Made by a program: the position numbers and the translations under genes
Notes under the pieces: model-generated
Databases searched by the model: none
The model's input: only the letters and a program-made list of their open reading frames with translations
What the model was told of the DNA's origin: nothing
DNA from: Mytilus californianus
Taxonomy: Eukaryota
NCBI RefSeq assembly: GCF_021869535.1
Contig: NW_026262690.1
Location: forward strand, 112,282,001-112,346,000
Direction of reading: 5' to 3'
DNA length: 64,000 bases
Shown here: piece by piece, positions 1 through 11,731 of the stretch
How positions within the stretch are numbered: the stretch's first letter is position 1
Layout of the letters: each line of letters begins with the position of its first letter

Positions 1-502
1 CGTTTGGTAGTTTTGTTATTACATTTTTAAAGAGTGTGGATTCGCATGACAGGTGCTGCATGCATAGCAAAAGACATTTTTTTTTTAAGTTCATGCAATT
101 TCCTTGTTCATTGCTTTGATTTGTATATTTTTAATCGATTTATGAGATTTGAAAATCGGTAAACTACTGTTGCTTAATTTAAAAAAAAGAAACTTGCAGC
201 TCAAAGTCTTTGTCTGTTATTTCAATGTTTTTTGCATGACTTGCATTTTATCCCATTGCCCAACAAGTCCCTGAAAGTGGGTCCGTCGGACGTCAGAGCA
301 ATAGTTCACTACTATATATGATATCCTTATTTGAATAAAATAGTGCCCTTTTCATGGCTTCAGTTGTTGGGTTGGTGTTTAATTGCCATGTAGTCCTCTT
401 TTCCCCACCAAAAGAGTTGATTCGGATAAAACAATTTGGTCATCCCTGGACTTCCCAGGTATAGATGTAAACCTTTTGCAAAGTACGATTCTATATTAAA
501 AC

Positions 503-855
503 GTGCGGGATGTATAAATACGCAGTCACGTCCGATCGGACCGGGGCCGTTAAATTAAAATAATGCCCCGTGTGTGACATTCTAGGGTGAGTACCGCGCT
601 CTCTACACGTAAATAACCCTTGCATAAACTCTCTGGGGGTCTGTAGTTTGTCTGTGGCAAGATGAATTTCCGCCCCTATCCATTATTCCCTTATTGGTCA
701 GTGGTAAAGTGCATAGTCCCTGTTCTACATCCTGGTCGACATACATGTGTACCTTGCAGAACGGTCCTTTTGAATTCATTATCAAATTGCCCTCTTCTTT
801 GTTATGCCTCAAATATTTGCCACTGGACGTTAAGCAAGTTATAATCAATCAATCA
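503..855 (+). mobile_element. SINE family R1 copy (Deu/Nin-domain-like central region, by recall)
   Basis: Diverged copy of a family also at 30085-30900, 34215-34556, 39660-39910(-) and 56700-57045(-). It ends in the shared tail 'gccactggacgttaagcaa..aatcaatc'. Confidence 0.7.
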
Positions 856-1846
856 CTCTACTTCTTCCGTTATATATTTCTATGCAAACCACGACTTACA
901 CAATAAAATGGATTCATCGATATATAACATCGCATTTTGAAATTGTACTTACTTATTATATATGAGTATGTTGGATAGAAATCAACCTTATGCAAATAAA
1001 TATCAATACATTTGTAACGGTTAACTTATTTCGGGTTGAAAAAATCTCTAACTGTCTGTAACTGTTTGAAAAATTAGTTAATATAAGAAAGAACCCTACA
1101 AAACAAACCAACAGTCATCTTTTATTTCGTATTTGAATGTTCCAAAGTCAATTAATGTCTATACATGTACATGTATACGTGCACTTACATAAGGTCGATT
1201 TCTATCCGACGCAGCTCATATATTATTATGCAGCAATCACAATAAGATCTGGTTTTTACGCAAAATAAGGACTATGCGTTTTGTTAAGAGTTATTTTTAC
1301 GTTCTAAACAATATAAAACACATGCGTTTCCAGATGTATTTCACACATCTAATTTCAATGTTATCAGTGACTCTAATCAATTGTTTGAACTGTTTTATTT
1401 TATTTACATACTATTTTAGATAATACAACCTGATTTCAGAGAAGAACAGGTACTTTTATATATAATTAGTCTTTTCTATTCTTTCTGCGCTCTTTCTTAA
1501 CCTATTTTATAAGAAACCAGTAAGAGACCTCATCGAATTTTTAATAACTTAATTATAGGGTTGTTCAATTCGGTCTTTCCACCTTTCCGCGGAAATAGAT
1601 ACCTTTTGCTATTTTCAGATTATTATTATTTTTATCTTCTGCATATTGTTTTTCGTGCACTGCATTGTGATTTGGCAAGATGTCGATTAGGTATTTGGCA
1701 TATTTTTTTTTTTATTTGTGTTTATTTTTAATGTCTTCGAATTGCGTTTTCTTTCTGATCAGTTCTCTATTCTAGACTAACTCTAGCATTTAAATGTAGA
1801 TCATCTATAGACAAAACGTTCATGTTGGCAACAGATCGTGTACTAA

Positions 1847-1887
1847 TAGATATAAGAAGATGTGGTATGAGTGCCAATGAGACAACT
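1847..1887 (-). mobile_element. 41-bp truncated copy of repeat family R2 with 4-bp TSD
   Basis: Matches the terminus of R2 (50748-51110). Flanked by CTAA at 1843-1846 and 1888-1891. Confidence 0.75.
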
Positions 1888-2995
1888 CTAAGTCTGCATT
1901 ACATTATTTGCATATATTTGTAATCCTTAACCATCATGTATAACAGTCTTAACAAATTACGCAATTATTTTTAATGAAATAGTTTAAAAGTTGGACATTT
2001 TATGTTGTATATTATATAAACTGTTCTTAAAATTCTTTTTAAAAATCCTGACAATTGTTTGCACATTTTGGTGTAATCCACTGAATTATACTCATAATTA
2101 AAGAATAAATCATTATAAGATATCATTTTTAAATTAGAAATTCATCATCTGACATGATAACGATAATTTGTTTAACACATAAGTTAGTATTTTTATACTT
2201 TATTGGTAAAATTTCAATTTGTAAAGTTTTTTTCCTGTTGTTAGTTTTTTTATCCGTTTGCAGGGATTTAGTTTATTGAATAATTTTGCTACTATGTTTT
2301 ATATTTTATTTGTGAAATTTCAATTTGTAAAGATTTTCTTGCTTGGCATTAATTAAATTTATTGAGACATTTGTTAACGGTTTTTATACTTTATCGGTAA
2401 ATTTTAATTTGTTAAGGTGTTTTTCACTTATAAATCTTTCGGCAGTTCAGCATTATTTTGATTTACCTGTCTGCGATAAGATTTTTTTACCGATCAACCG
2501 AAGGTGCTACAAATATGCTTATTACACCTAAAAATACATTTCATCATAATTTATTGGTCCAAACTCCAGTAATAAATCTCTACTCTGTAGAATAAACAGC
2601 AGTTTGCATCGCTTTTATATTCTAATAACTACTATCTACATTTTGCTGGATACGACATTTTTTTCAAATTAAAACTTTACACTTAAAAACCTAGATCGAA
2701 AAAAGGTCGTCTTTCTCTAATTTAAAAGGGTTGCATTTGATATATATATATTTCATCAAGTTGAATGTTTTTCTTTCGTGAGTTCCAGTCTGATCAGAAA
2801 ATCTATTGGAATTGGGAGTATATATTTGTAAAAGGCCAGTAAGTTATAAAAATCGTTAGACCATCAAATTAAAAAGAACAAGTTGCACTAATATCATGCC
2901 AGTATAGCGCTAGCTGTTGAAAAATATAAGAACATTAATTTTGTTAGTTTGCATATATCATATTTCAATGTTACAGTTCCAAGTACGGCATTTAG

Positions 2996-3310
2996 TTAGA
3001 TGGATGGATGCCTGTTAAACGTCCAGTGGCAAATTAAATGCATATATTCCGGACAAGAACATGCAAATGCAGCTTTGTACAAGACCGACACGGCGAGTCA
3101 GATGTGTAACGTGCTATTTAACAAGGTAACAGTCTACAGGAAGACATGTCAACCAATCCGGACACATTATTGTGACTCCGAGCCGACCAATCTACTCTCT
3201 TACTCCTAAATGCCGCGTGCTCAGTAAATTCCATTTTTTAAGTCTTTGGTTTTAACCGGCCAGGGTTCGACCAACGGCCTGCTGCACTCGAGGCGAGCAC
3301 GCTACTACGA
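2996..3310 (-). mobile_element. tRNA-derived SINE (Meta-domain-like), diverged
   Basis: The minus strand has a tRNA-like head (tagcgtgctcgcctcgagtgc..ggtcgaaccc), a central 'gagcacgcggcatttaggagtaagag..ggctcggagtcacaataatgtgtccg' and the same 3' tail as R1. Confidence 0.65.
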
Positions 3311-3929
3311 GATGCATGAATGATCTATAAAACATTGATTGATTGATTGGCCTTAAAGCGCAAAAGGCTATATCGTGACGAGGGATAATCAATATAAATC
3401 AAATAGTTCTATAAAATTCGGACAAATGGTCCTTCATCATTCTTAAACTATCATGTACAACAAAATCATATTCAAAACGAAAACGGAAATTTATTTAGCC
3501 CTATGATTTTATACATACATGTTACTATTTTTAAGAATAAAGGAGATTTGAGGTGACGGTCAATACCGGACAGCAATTGAACAGAATCAAAACGACTATG
3601 AACACACTGATAAATAAACATTGTAAGGTTTGCGGACAAGTACTGTTTAAATTCAATATTACTGATTTACAAAATCATTAACACCATACTTCTAAATGGA
3701 CAAATACAATATAAAACACTAATTTAGTGACTGGAGACCACTGCATGACGAAATATCTGCCTTGAAACAACCACATTAGCAATAACACGATGACTTAATT
3801 TTTTGAGTAATTAACCCTCACGCTTATATTTTGATACATTATGAAAGAATCACAGAGAAGAAAAACAGTCGAAATAAGTTAAAAAAAAACAAACGAGTAT
3901 GAAAATAGCTAGAAGTGAAATAAGTTTTA

Positions 3930-5240
3930 CTAGATAACATTTTTGTTCGCTATGAAGATTCCGCATGTCGCCAGGTTATAGGAGTTCCAGTGTGGACTAA
4001 CTGTGCACCACTTATTGCGGACCTGTTTCTGTATTGTTACGAACCACAATTGATGTCTAAAATCAGCAAAGATCCATCGAAACAACATCTGATACAAAAT
4101 TTAATAACTCTTTTAGATATTTGGATGATATTTTGCTCTCAATAATGATGACTTCAGTATGTACACTAAAGAGATTTATCCTGTTGAACTTACTTTTAAT
4201 AAAGCTAATACTAACAATGAACACTGCCCTTTCCCGGATCTTGATATCTATATCTTTAACGGGAAACTTAATACTAAAATGTACGATAAAAGAGAAGATT
4301 TTTCATTTCCTATTGTTAATTACATGTATCCGTTTTAGATGCACGGTGACGTTCCCTTGGCACCATCGTATGGTGTTTGTTCGATTCGCTCGTGCATGTA
4401 ACAACGTATTTGATTTTAACGAACGACATCTCTGTATTATTGAAAAATTATTACACTAGGATTTTCGATATCAAAAACATTTACTTAATTTTATCATCGC
4501 TACAAGGACATCATTCGTAAATATATATCAACATGCAGACATCTTATACATTCAGGTATTTCACATCCCATCTTTTATGGTAATATTCTATACAAAGCAC
4601 AAACATGTCGTCATTCACCTCAAAATCTAACCAAACCTTTAAATAGACTTATTCTCATGGGATATAGTTACGATACTGTTGTCAAGGCATTAACGATGGC
4701 ATTTTTTAGAATTAGTATTGATACAACTATAGGGTCATTGCATCGGAAATAAACACAATTATTCAAAAACATGCAGTTTTTGGAATGATACGGGTTAAGT
4801 TCTTCTCGTATAATTTATGATGGCATGATACTAAACCCCTAACGGGAGGGACTGTGGTTGATTTTCATATGATGTTGACAGTAATCTTTCATTGTCAATC
4901 AGTTTAGTTGAAGTCTTGAGCGGACATGTCAGTAACTGCTACATGTAGTAGTCCTTTGATTATTTATGTTTATCATAGTCATTTTGCTTTGTTTCTTCTG
5001 TAACCTATTCTAACAAATGACGTTTTAAAACTGGGTTTTACTGCGCGTTTTGCTGTTTGTTTTTTATCACAACTTGGTTAGAGGTATAGGGGGAGGGTTG
5101 AGATTTCAAAAACATGTTTAATCTCGCCGCATTTTTGCGCCTGTCACAAGTCAGTAACCTTCTTGCCTTTATAACTGTTGTAGTTTTTTAAAATTTAGTT
5201 CATTTGTATGTTTCTGAGTTTAGTGTGGCATCTATTTAGC
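3930..5240 (+). mobile_element. 5'-truncated Penelope-like (Naiad-type) element: RT C-terminal remnant plus 3' UTR/pseudo-LTR
   Basis: Broken frames give QVIGVPVWTNCAPLIADLFLYCYE, FRYLDDI and YDKREDFSFPIVN, paralleling the RT at 57707-59320. Confidence 0.85.
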
Positions 5241-5269
5241 TGAACTAGTATACGTTATTGTGTTGGGGC

Positions 5270-5392
5270 TAGCTGAAGCCCTCCTACGGGTTTGGGATTT
5301 TCTTGTTGCGTTGAAGATCCATTGGTTGCCTTGGGCTACTTTCTGCGCCTTGGTCGGTTTGTTGTCACATTCCCCGTTCCCATTCTCTATGC
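5270..5392 (-). repeat. Dispersed repeat family R3
   Basis: Similar to 36890-37095(+), 38915-39055(-) and 54783-54860(+). Confidence 0.7.
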
Positions 5393-6479
5393 TATTGATC
5401 TAGAGGTCAACATGCGCTGTAACAACAGTTGACTCTTCGGAATACATGATTTACCCCAATTTGTACACGTTGTAATGGGTTTTGCGTTGTATTTTATTGT
5501 TTCAAAATCTGGTCAGTAATGGATATTTCGTAAAAAAATGCTCGAAATTTTATTTCAAAATTTAGAATTTGTTTTTTTATAAGGATAGGTGGAATGACGT
5601 ATCAATTCGGTAAGACAAATATTATGAAAACTCATCAATTACGCTCTATTGTATATTATGTTAAAATTGACCCTTTCAACACGGACTCTTATATTTCAGT
5701 GGGTTTGTGTGTCGTTAGGTTACTGTCATTGTTATTGACGTTTATATGACCTTCAGAAGGCAGCATCAACGTGATCAAGATTGCAGATATTTTCCCTTAT
5801 TGTCCCCATTATAAACCATTTATTACTCAGTTTTTATAGGGTTTCCTTACAGATACAGTTGACCTAAATTTAAATCATATGACACAACACTATTTTCAGA
5901 TTTAATAAGACCACAAATATAAATCTCCTTAACAGTTTATGAGGATTTGCACCACAGAAGCCTGAGAAGGACGATTTTGTTTTCTATATTATTTATGTGA
6001 ATATTCAGTATTTCAGACCAGCTTTTCACACATATACTTTTTTTTATTATTCATTCAGTGGTATGTTCCTTTTAAACACACGAAGAACGAGGAAAAGGTT
6101 CGCAGATATATATTTTGACTTTCCATATCACAGATCCTGCTGACTAATGATCTTATTTACACTTAGGAATACCTGTTATTTGTTCTCTATAAAGTTTTTT
6201 TTGTGTGTTTCATTTTTTATGACTTTCATCATTCACTCATAACCATGTCTGGTCGTAGCAGCTGTTGTAAACTGCACCCAGAGAGAAGACTAGGACTCTG
6301 CATGTCTGTGCCTTCTGTAATAATGATTATGTATCAAATAGATATATGATCCATTAAATTCAGGAAGTAAGTGATTACCCAGATTTTACTAATTTTGTTT
6401 CTATAAATGATAAAATTTCTGAATTAGACTGCATATGCAGAACATGTGAGGGCAAGTTAAAGAAAGCTTTTCCATGTTG

Positions 6480-6950
6480 AAATCTGTCTGGACAGAGCCC
6501 TATCATATTAAGTCCCAAAGAACTTTTTTAGGGAGAATGATTTACAAGAATGGTACAGATATTTTTGGTTGTTTGCGCTAAGTTGTTTTAGAAGATCAGA
6601 AATATATTAATAAAAACAAATGATTGAAAAAAGAGAAAATAATTCAAGCAGAAAAAATAGCATCTACTGTATCAGCAAAAAGTAGAAAAAACAAGCTAGA
6701 ACAAGTCTAGAAGACGCTGTAAAAATCTTAAAAAACGTTATGTTCTCAGATAAAATCAAGATGTACGATCTTCCCGACATTGACAATTTTAAATGCAAAG
6801 ATAAAATCTTGAAAATCCGCCCTATATTGTGGAATTTTCTTTTCAGAATTGGTTCCACTGATAACGAAGAGAAAGTACTTCAGAAGTCAGAATGTACTTG
6901 GAATTCACATTATTCTGAACATCCTTTCAATATTTTCAGAATGATGTCAC
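6480..6950 (+). mobile_element. Left part of unit 1 of the decayed FEN1/XPG-motif element, interrupted by the Gypsy insertion
   Basis: Homologous to 21354-21570 and 21687-22030. The sequence resumes at 17535 after the TSD. Confidence 0.85.
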
Positions 6951-7195
6951 TGATGTATATTTAAGCGTACTTACCAATATTGCTGTGATAGTCAGGCTCG
7001 AGGTTCAGGTTTAAGTGGAAACACTAACTAATCTTATTATTGCACTCTGATTCTCTCTTGGCACTTGTCTGCTACTTGTCAATCACACGAGGTAGATCCA
7101 TCCGCACACACACACTTCTAGTCTATTCTCGTCCCTGGTTCTCTCTATGTCCGTCCTGGTCATGTCATACCGTAAGAGTTACCTAACTTACTACA
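6951..7195 (-). repeat. 3' LTR (245 bp)
   Basis: Differs from 17288-17534 by about 2 substitutions plus a small change at a CA microsatellite. On the minus strand it starts TGTAG and ends CATCA. Confidence 0.97.
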
Positions 7196-7209
7196 CCCTC
7201 CCCCCTTTT
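7196..7209 (-). promoter_or_regulatory. Polypurine tract
   Basis: AAAAGGGGGGAGGG immediately before the TG of the 3' LTR. Confidence 0.92.
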
Positions 7210-7863
7210 AAAAGACGAAGGGACGCCCCTGTAGCGTTTTTCTTTTTAAAACAGAATTCCTATATGAACACTATGAGCACTAGAGCTTTCTCCTAGAAAT
7301 AAACTTATTCTTCTATTTATCGCATTAAACTGAAACGGATAAAAAAAAATTGCAACACAAAGAAATTTATTTTCCCCATGCCAAATACCTAACATTTCTG
7401 CATTTCAACGTTATTCTTAACAAAAACATATATACATTTCGTCCTTTGCTCATTTCGCACTGAGCATGGATTAATTAGCGTTAACTTTGTCAGCTGTGAA
7501 AACGGGGGGCCCGTGTAAACGGGTACATTGCACAAACTAACTTCACTTAACGAATACGATTCACTTTCCATCACTGTACACATTAAAAATTCTGTCAATC
7601 ACTGAATATCCATTAAGTTGCTTGATTGTCCATAAACTCAATATTTCATAAACATCACATTTCACATACTATAACACGGTCTCAAGGCAAATAAAAATAA
7701 TTCCCCTCCTCACATTGTATTGTCCTATACATGTGAACTATTTACATATAATCACTATTGGTTTCCGCTCGGACTGTTCACTTTTACTATATCTGTTTAG
7801 TCCACTGAATATTACACAAACAGGATAATCCAATTAACATATTTACAAATTATATTCATACAG

Positions 7864-9866
7864 CTATTTAAAAATTTCCATAGCATTGCCTAAGGTTGCT
7901 GATGCTATTGTCTGGAGGTCAACATACCTCAGTGTTGCTAATTTCTCAACCACTTCTCCAACATATATCGGGGTGTTTATTCGTATTCCCCTCGGTGGCA
8001 TGTACGGTGCATCAGTTTCTGCCAGTAGTCTGTTGACAGGGATGTAACGAAGAGCCTGAATCTGTTGTTGGTTGAATTTTTGTTATGAGGTGTGTAAATC
8101 CAAAACATGTGTTTCTAAAATTAGAAAGCCATGAAGTTATTGTCTCTTTATCGCTCGTTAAACAGTGTAATATAAAAATTTGATCCGGATGACAACGGTG
8201 TTTAAAAATTTGTAAAGCTTTGAAATACAGGTTTTTCGAATATACATCTTCTCTATTGCTTCTAATATGTAAAATAAGTGGAATGTTGGTTTAATCCATT
8301 CGGTTATTTCTTTTAAAAATTGTTCTTGTCTATCTAAATTTGCCCTGCCAGGATTCATGCTGCTGTCCAGCCCCACCTCACCTACTGCCGAAACACGCGA
8401 GTAGGTCACATATTCATAAAATCTACCTACAGCCTGTGGTGATGCTTCATATATTTTCTTGGGGTGAAGTCCAATAGCCACTTTCCATTTTGAATCAAAC
8501 GGAACTGTCTCCGGATATGTTTCTGGGTCACAAAATATTAAAAGGCCACCCTTTATATATACTGGCACTACTGGTGGTCTCTCCATTTGCTCTCCAAGCC
8601 AACGCTCTATGGTAATAGCGGTCGGATTACCAGATATTCTTGTACTGGCACGAGTCAAAAACATCAAGCACACTCCTCTTCTGTACCTGTGGTTCACTGG
8701 AGTGCTCCTGTTTAGACCTTTTAACAGGGATTACTCTTTTACGTACCACTATTCTTTTGTCGGACTCTACCAGTGTACCCTCTACTGTCGGTGGTTCTAT
8801 TTCATTCGTTTCTTCATCCATGTCAACACTCAATTCCTCTCTCATGGCAAGCACTCGAGCAATGAGTGAGTATGTCTTGGCATATTCCAGTGGCGATTTT
8901 TCCAAGTTGTCGGTATTAGTCATGAAATCCAACCCAAAACACATATACGTTGATAGTTGTTCATTCAGCAAATACTGACTGAACAAAACCTGGTATCTCC
9001 AATGAACTAATACACAAGGAGACACTATAGGCAGAAGAGTATACCTGTCTGGTTTGCGCCATTTTAGCTCCTCACAAAGCCCTTCCATCTGGATCCTTGC
9101 ATTAGACAGGATCTCACTTCTTCTAGGTATCTGTCTGGCAATGTTGTTATTTGCCCATCTTATAAGCTCAGTCATAGAACTGTGTCCAGTCAGACACTCA
9201 CTTAAATACTGTAGAATATTACCCCTCAGTTGATCTTTCTTGCCTCACTGGTGGCTGTGGATTGTCCCACATGATGCGCGGCAGGTGGATGTGCTGCACA
9301 TGAAACTTGAGTTTTCTCCCCACAAAATCGCACCTCTAAAATGGACATGGTGAGTTACGAGGATCATCCTTCTTTTCTTCAACTTGTTGTAAATGCAAAC
9401 TACCTTCTGATATTTCTTCATATACCGAGTTGTTATTGTCATTCCTCGAGCTGTCATCCCAGTCGCTATCACTCTCAATCGCCTCCAGCTTGAATGCTCT
9501 TCTTACTTCCATATTCTCTGTCATCTTTGGAAACCAACGAGGTTCTGTTGTTTCAGATTCTAATGACTCAATATTCTCACAATGAGACAGTACATTTCTA
9601 ATATTGGTCAAGTCTTCCTTAACAATGCATGTACGCTCCTTTTGTGTGATCTGTTCGTACGTCCATTTTGGTAATTTAGATGGTAAATCTGACTTGGGAA
9701 TCTGTTCCTTCACCACAATGTCCCCAGTGGTTTCATCATAGCCAATATGAGGATTATCCTCAAACTCGTCCATATCCGCCACAGAATCTGTCCCGATGCT
9801 CTCTGCATCTAATAATGTGTCTTCTGAACTTGAAATGTCCTCAAAAAGCAATTTCCGCCCTATCAC
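7864..9866 (-). pseudogene. TatD: Accessory ORF3: acidic N-terminus, C2H2-like segment and C-terminal TatD-family nuclease domain; disrupted by one stop and about 4 frameshifts
   Basis: Joining frames gives VAIGLHP, AVGEVGLD, IPLILHIR, ILHCLTS, IPVNRLLAETDAPY, NTPIYVGEVVEKLATLR and ATLGNAMEIFK-stop (7864). This is the TatD motif series in the correct order. Confidence 0.9.
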
Positions 9867-9927
9867 TGTCCATTCTGACCAACCACGAGTGCTCTAAAAG
9901 ACCGTCCACACGGTAAAGCACTAATAC

Positions 9928-10040
9928 ACTATGAAGTTATATATATACACGAAACGGAAAATTAAACTCGCAAAACCGCACAAACACTATTCAGTTATAT
10001 ATATACACAATACGCAAAATTAAACTCGCAAAACCGCACC
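9928..10040. repeat. Two ~58-bp direct repeats between integrase and ORF3
   Basis: 'cactat..agttatatatatacac..aaaattaaactcgcaaaaccgcac' occurs twice. Confidence 0.85.
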
Positions 10041-10151
10041 AATATGTACACTAAATGTCAATTATATGTCTATGTCTACAAAGTCAAAACTGCATAAATC
10101 CTGAAACATAAAGAAAACACTCATTATAACACATATTTTTGCCTATATACA

Positions 10152-10167
10152 CTTTCCCCCTTTTTTT
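10152..10167 (-). promoter_or_regulatory. Internal PPT-like tract
   Basis: AAAAAAAGGGGGAAAG followed by TGTA, 8 nt after the integrase stop. It mimics the terminal PPT/LTR junction. Confidence 0.6.
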
Positions 10168-10174
10168 CGGTATA

Positions 10175-11731
10175 TTACACGTTGTTCGGAGTTTGACATT
10201 TCGGACAGTGATACGTCGCGAAAGTCTCGGCTAATTCCGGAGTCACATTTACGCATGTCCCATGATACCATTCATCGCACATATCGCATTGAATCATGAA
10301 CACTCCTTGATCACCTTTCCTACACATGCAATACATATCTCCCATATCCGGTAATATATTCTCACCATCCTTTAACTGATTTTGAACTCTCTTTAGCCAG
10401 GCTGGAATATTACGATCATTACACTTTTTTATTCGGTCGTGATTTATCACGAATACTGTCTTTTCTAGTTTAACTTTATATACATACGATGTTATTTTCT
10501 CTGCAATTATACCTTGTCCTTTCCACGGTGGGTCTAGTTTTTTACTACGCCCTTTGACCTGTGCCGTGTCTAGTATATATACCAAGTCACCTGGCGCGTA
10601 TTCAGTTTTCCTCATCTTGATATCATAGTCTCTTTTCATGTATTCCTGAGAAGTTCTTAACTTTTCTCGTGCAATTTCATGCGCTTGTCGGATTGTTTCT
10701 ACCAACCGACTCACATATTCCTCTTCGCTCTCATCACTCTCTTGACTTGGCGGTCGAAAAACTAAATCTGTAGGCAAGTTTATTTCCCTCCCCAGCATCA
10801 TTTTATTGGGAGTCTGTCCTGTCATTCTATTTTCTGACGAACGAATGGCACTTGCGAGTTGTGGGAGATATTCGTCCCAATCTTTTTGTGATTTGCTCAC
10901 AAAGCATCTGACTGTGTCCATTAAAGTCCTATTATACCTTTCAACCTGACCATTTGCAGACGGTCTATACGCAGTGGTTCTTGTTTTATGTATTTGAAGA
11001 GTTTTACAAACGGATTTAAACAGGTTACTTTCAAAGTTTCTCCCTTGATCACTATGAATCGAGAATGGACATCCAAATCGTGTAAAAAACTCATTCACTG
11101 CTGCCCTTGCTGTGTCTTCAGCGGTTTGCGATGGTAAAGGTATAATTTCTACCCATTTGGTAAATTGGTCTACCATTACTAATATATTTGTATTTCCCTG
11201 TGTTGTTTCGGGTAATGGTCCTAAAAAATCTATGTGAACTCGCTCCATCGGTACTCCTGAATGATACTGTGTCAAAGGACATCTTGCTTTTCTAGTTGCC
11301 TTTTTGTTCTTGTTACAGACATTACATGATCGGACATAATTTTTAATCGTGTTCCCCATTTTGTACCAATACAATTTCTGTTTGACCCTAGCTGTTGTTC
11401 TGTCAATACCTTGATGTTCAGTTATTGGGAGATCATGGTTTAAACTCAACAACTCCGGTATATATGTCGTTGGTACAACTAATCGCACTTGATTATTTTT
11501 CGACCTATTGAAAAGTACTGACCTATCTAAAAAGAACTGTTCTTTATTCACTAAGTACTTCTTTGCTGCCGGTCCTGCAATATATACTTTGTTATCCGGT
11601 GGCTCCTCGTTCCTCTGTAACCAGTGCAATATCAACTGCAAATCAGGATCCTTGGCTTGTTCAGATGACAACTGGTCAGTTGTATACTGAATTCCAAATT
11701 CACTCTCTTCATTTACAGATGCAGATTTCAC
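10175..11731 (-). CDS. pol: Gypsy integrase with C-terminal PHD finger (pol 3' part, separated by a 1-nt frameshift)
   Basis: HHCC (HDLPITEHQG..CNVC), DDE (VHIDFLGP, HSDQGRNFES, NGQVERYN), GPY/F-like PPWKGQG, then C4HC3 YCMC..CDMCDEWYHGTC..HCPKC. Confidence 0.95.
   Translation of the reverse strand: MKSASVNEESEFGIQYTTDQLSSEQAKDPDLQLILHWLQRNEEPPDNKVYIAGPAAKKYLVNKEQFFLDRSVLFNRSKNNQVRLVVPTTYIPELLSLNHDLPITEHQGIDRTTARVKQKLYWYKMGNTIKNYVRSCNVCNKNKKATRKARCPLTQYHSGVPMERVHIDFLGPLPETTQGNTNILVMVDQFTKWVEIIPLPSQTAEDTARAAVNEFFTRFGCPFSIHSDQGRNFESNLFKSVCKTLQIHKTRTTAYRPSANGQVERYNRTLMDTVRCFVSKSQKDWDEYLPQLASAIRSSENRMTGQTPNKMMLGREINLPTDLVFRPPSQESDESEEEYVSRLVETIRQAHEIAREKLRTSQEYMKRDYDIKMRKTEYAPGDLVYILDTAQVKGRSKKLDPPWKGQGIIAEKITSYVYKVKLEKTVFVINHDRIKKCNDRNIPAWLKRVQNQLKDGENILPDMGDMYCMCRKGDQGVFMIQCDMCDEWYHGTCVNVTPELAETFATYHCPKCQTPNNV

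Noticed and set aside
3260-3310. tRNA gene
   Set aside because: The boxes are degenerate, there is no cloverleaf, and it is contiguous with a SINE body and tail.
7864-8660. TatD as bacterial contamination or a host gene
   Set aside because: It lies between the integrase and the PPT of an element with matched LTRs and TSD, is intronless, and is co-oriented with pol.
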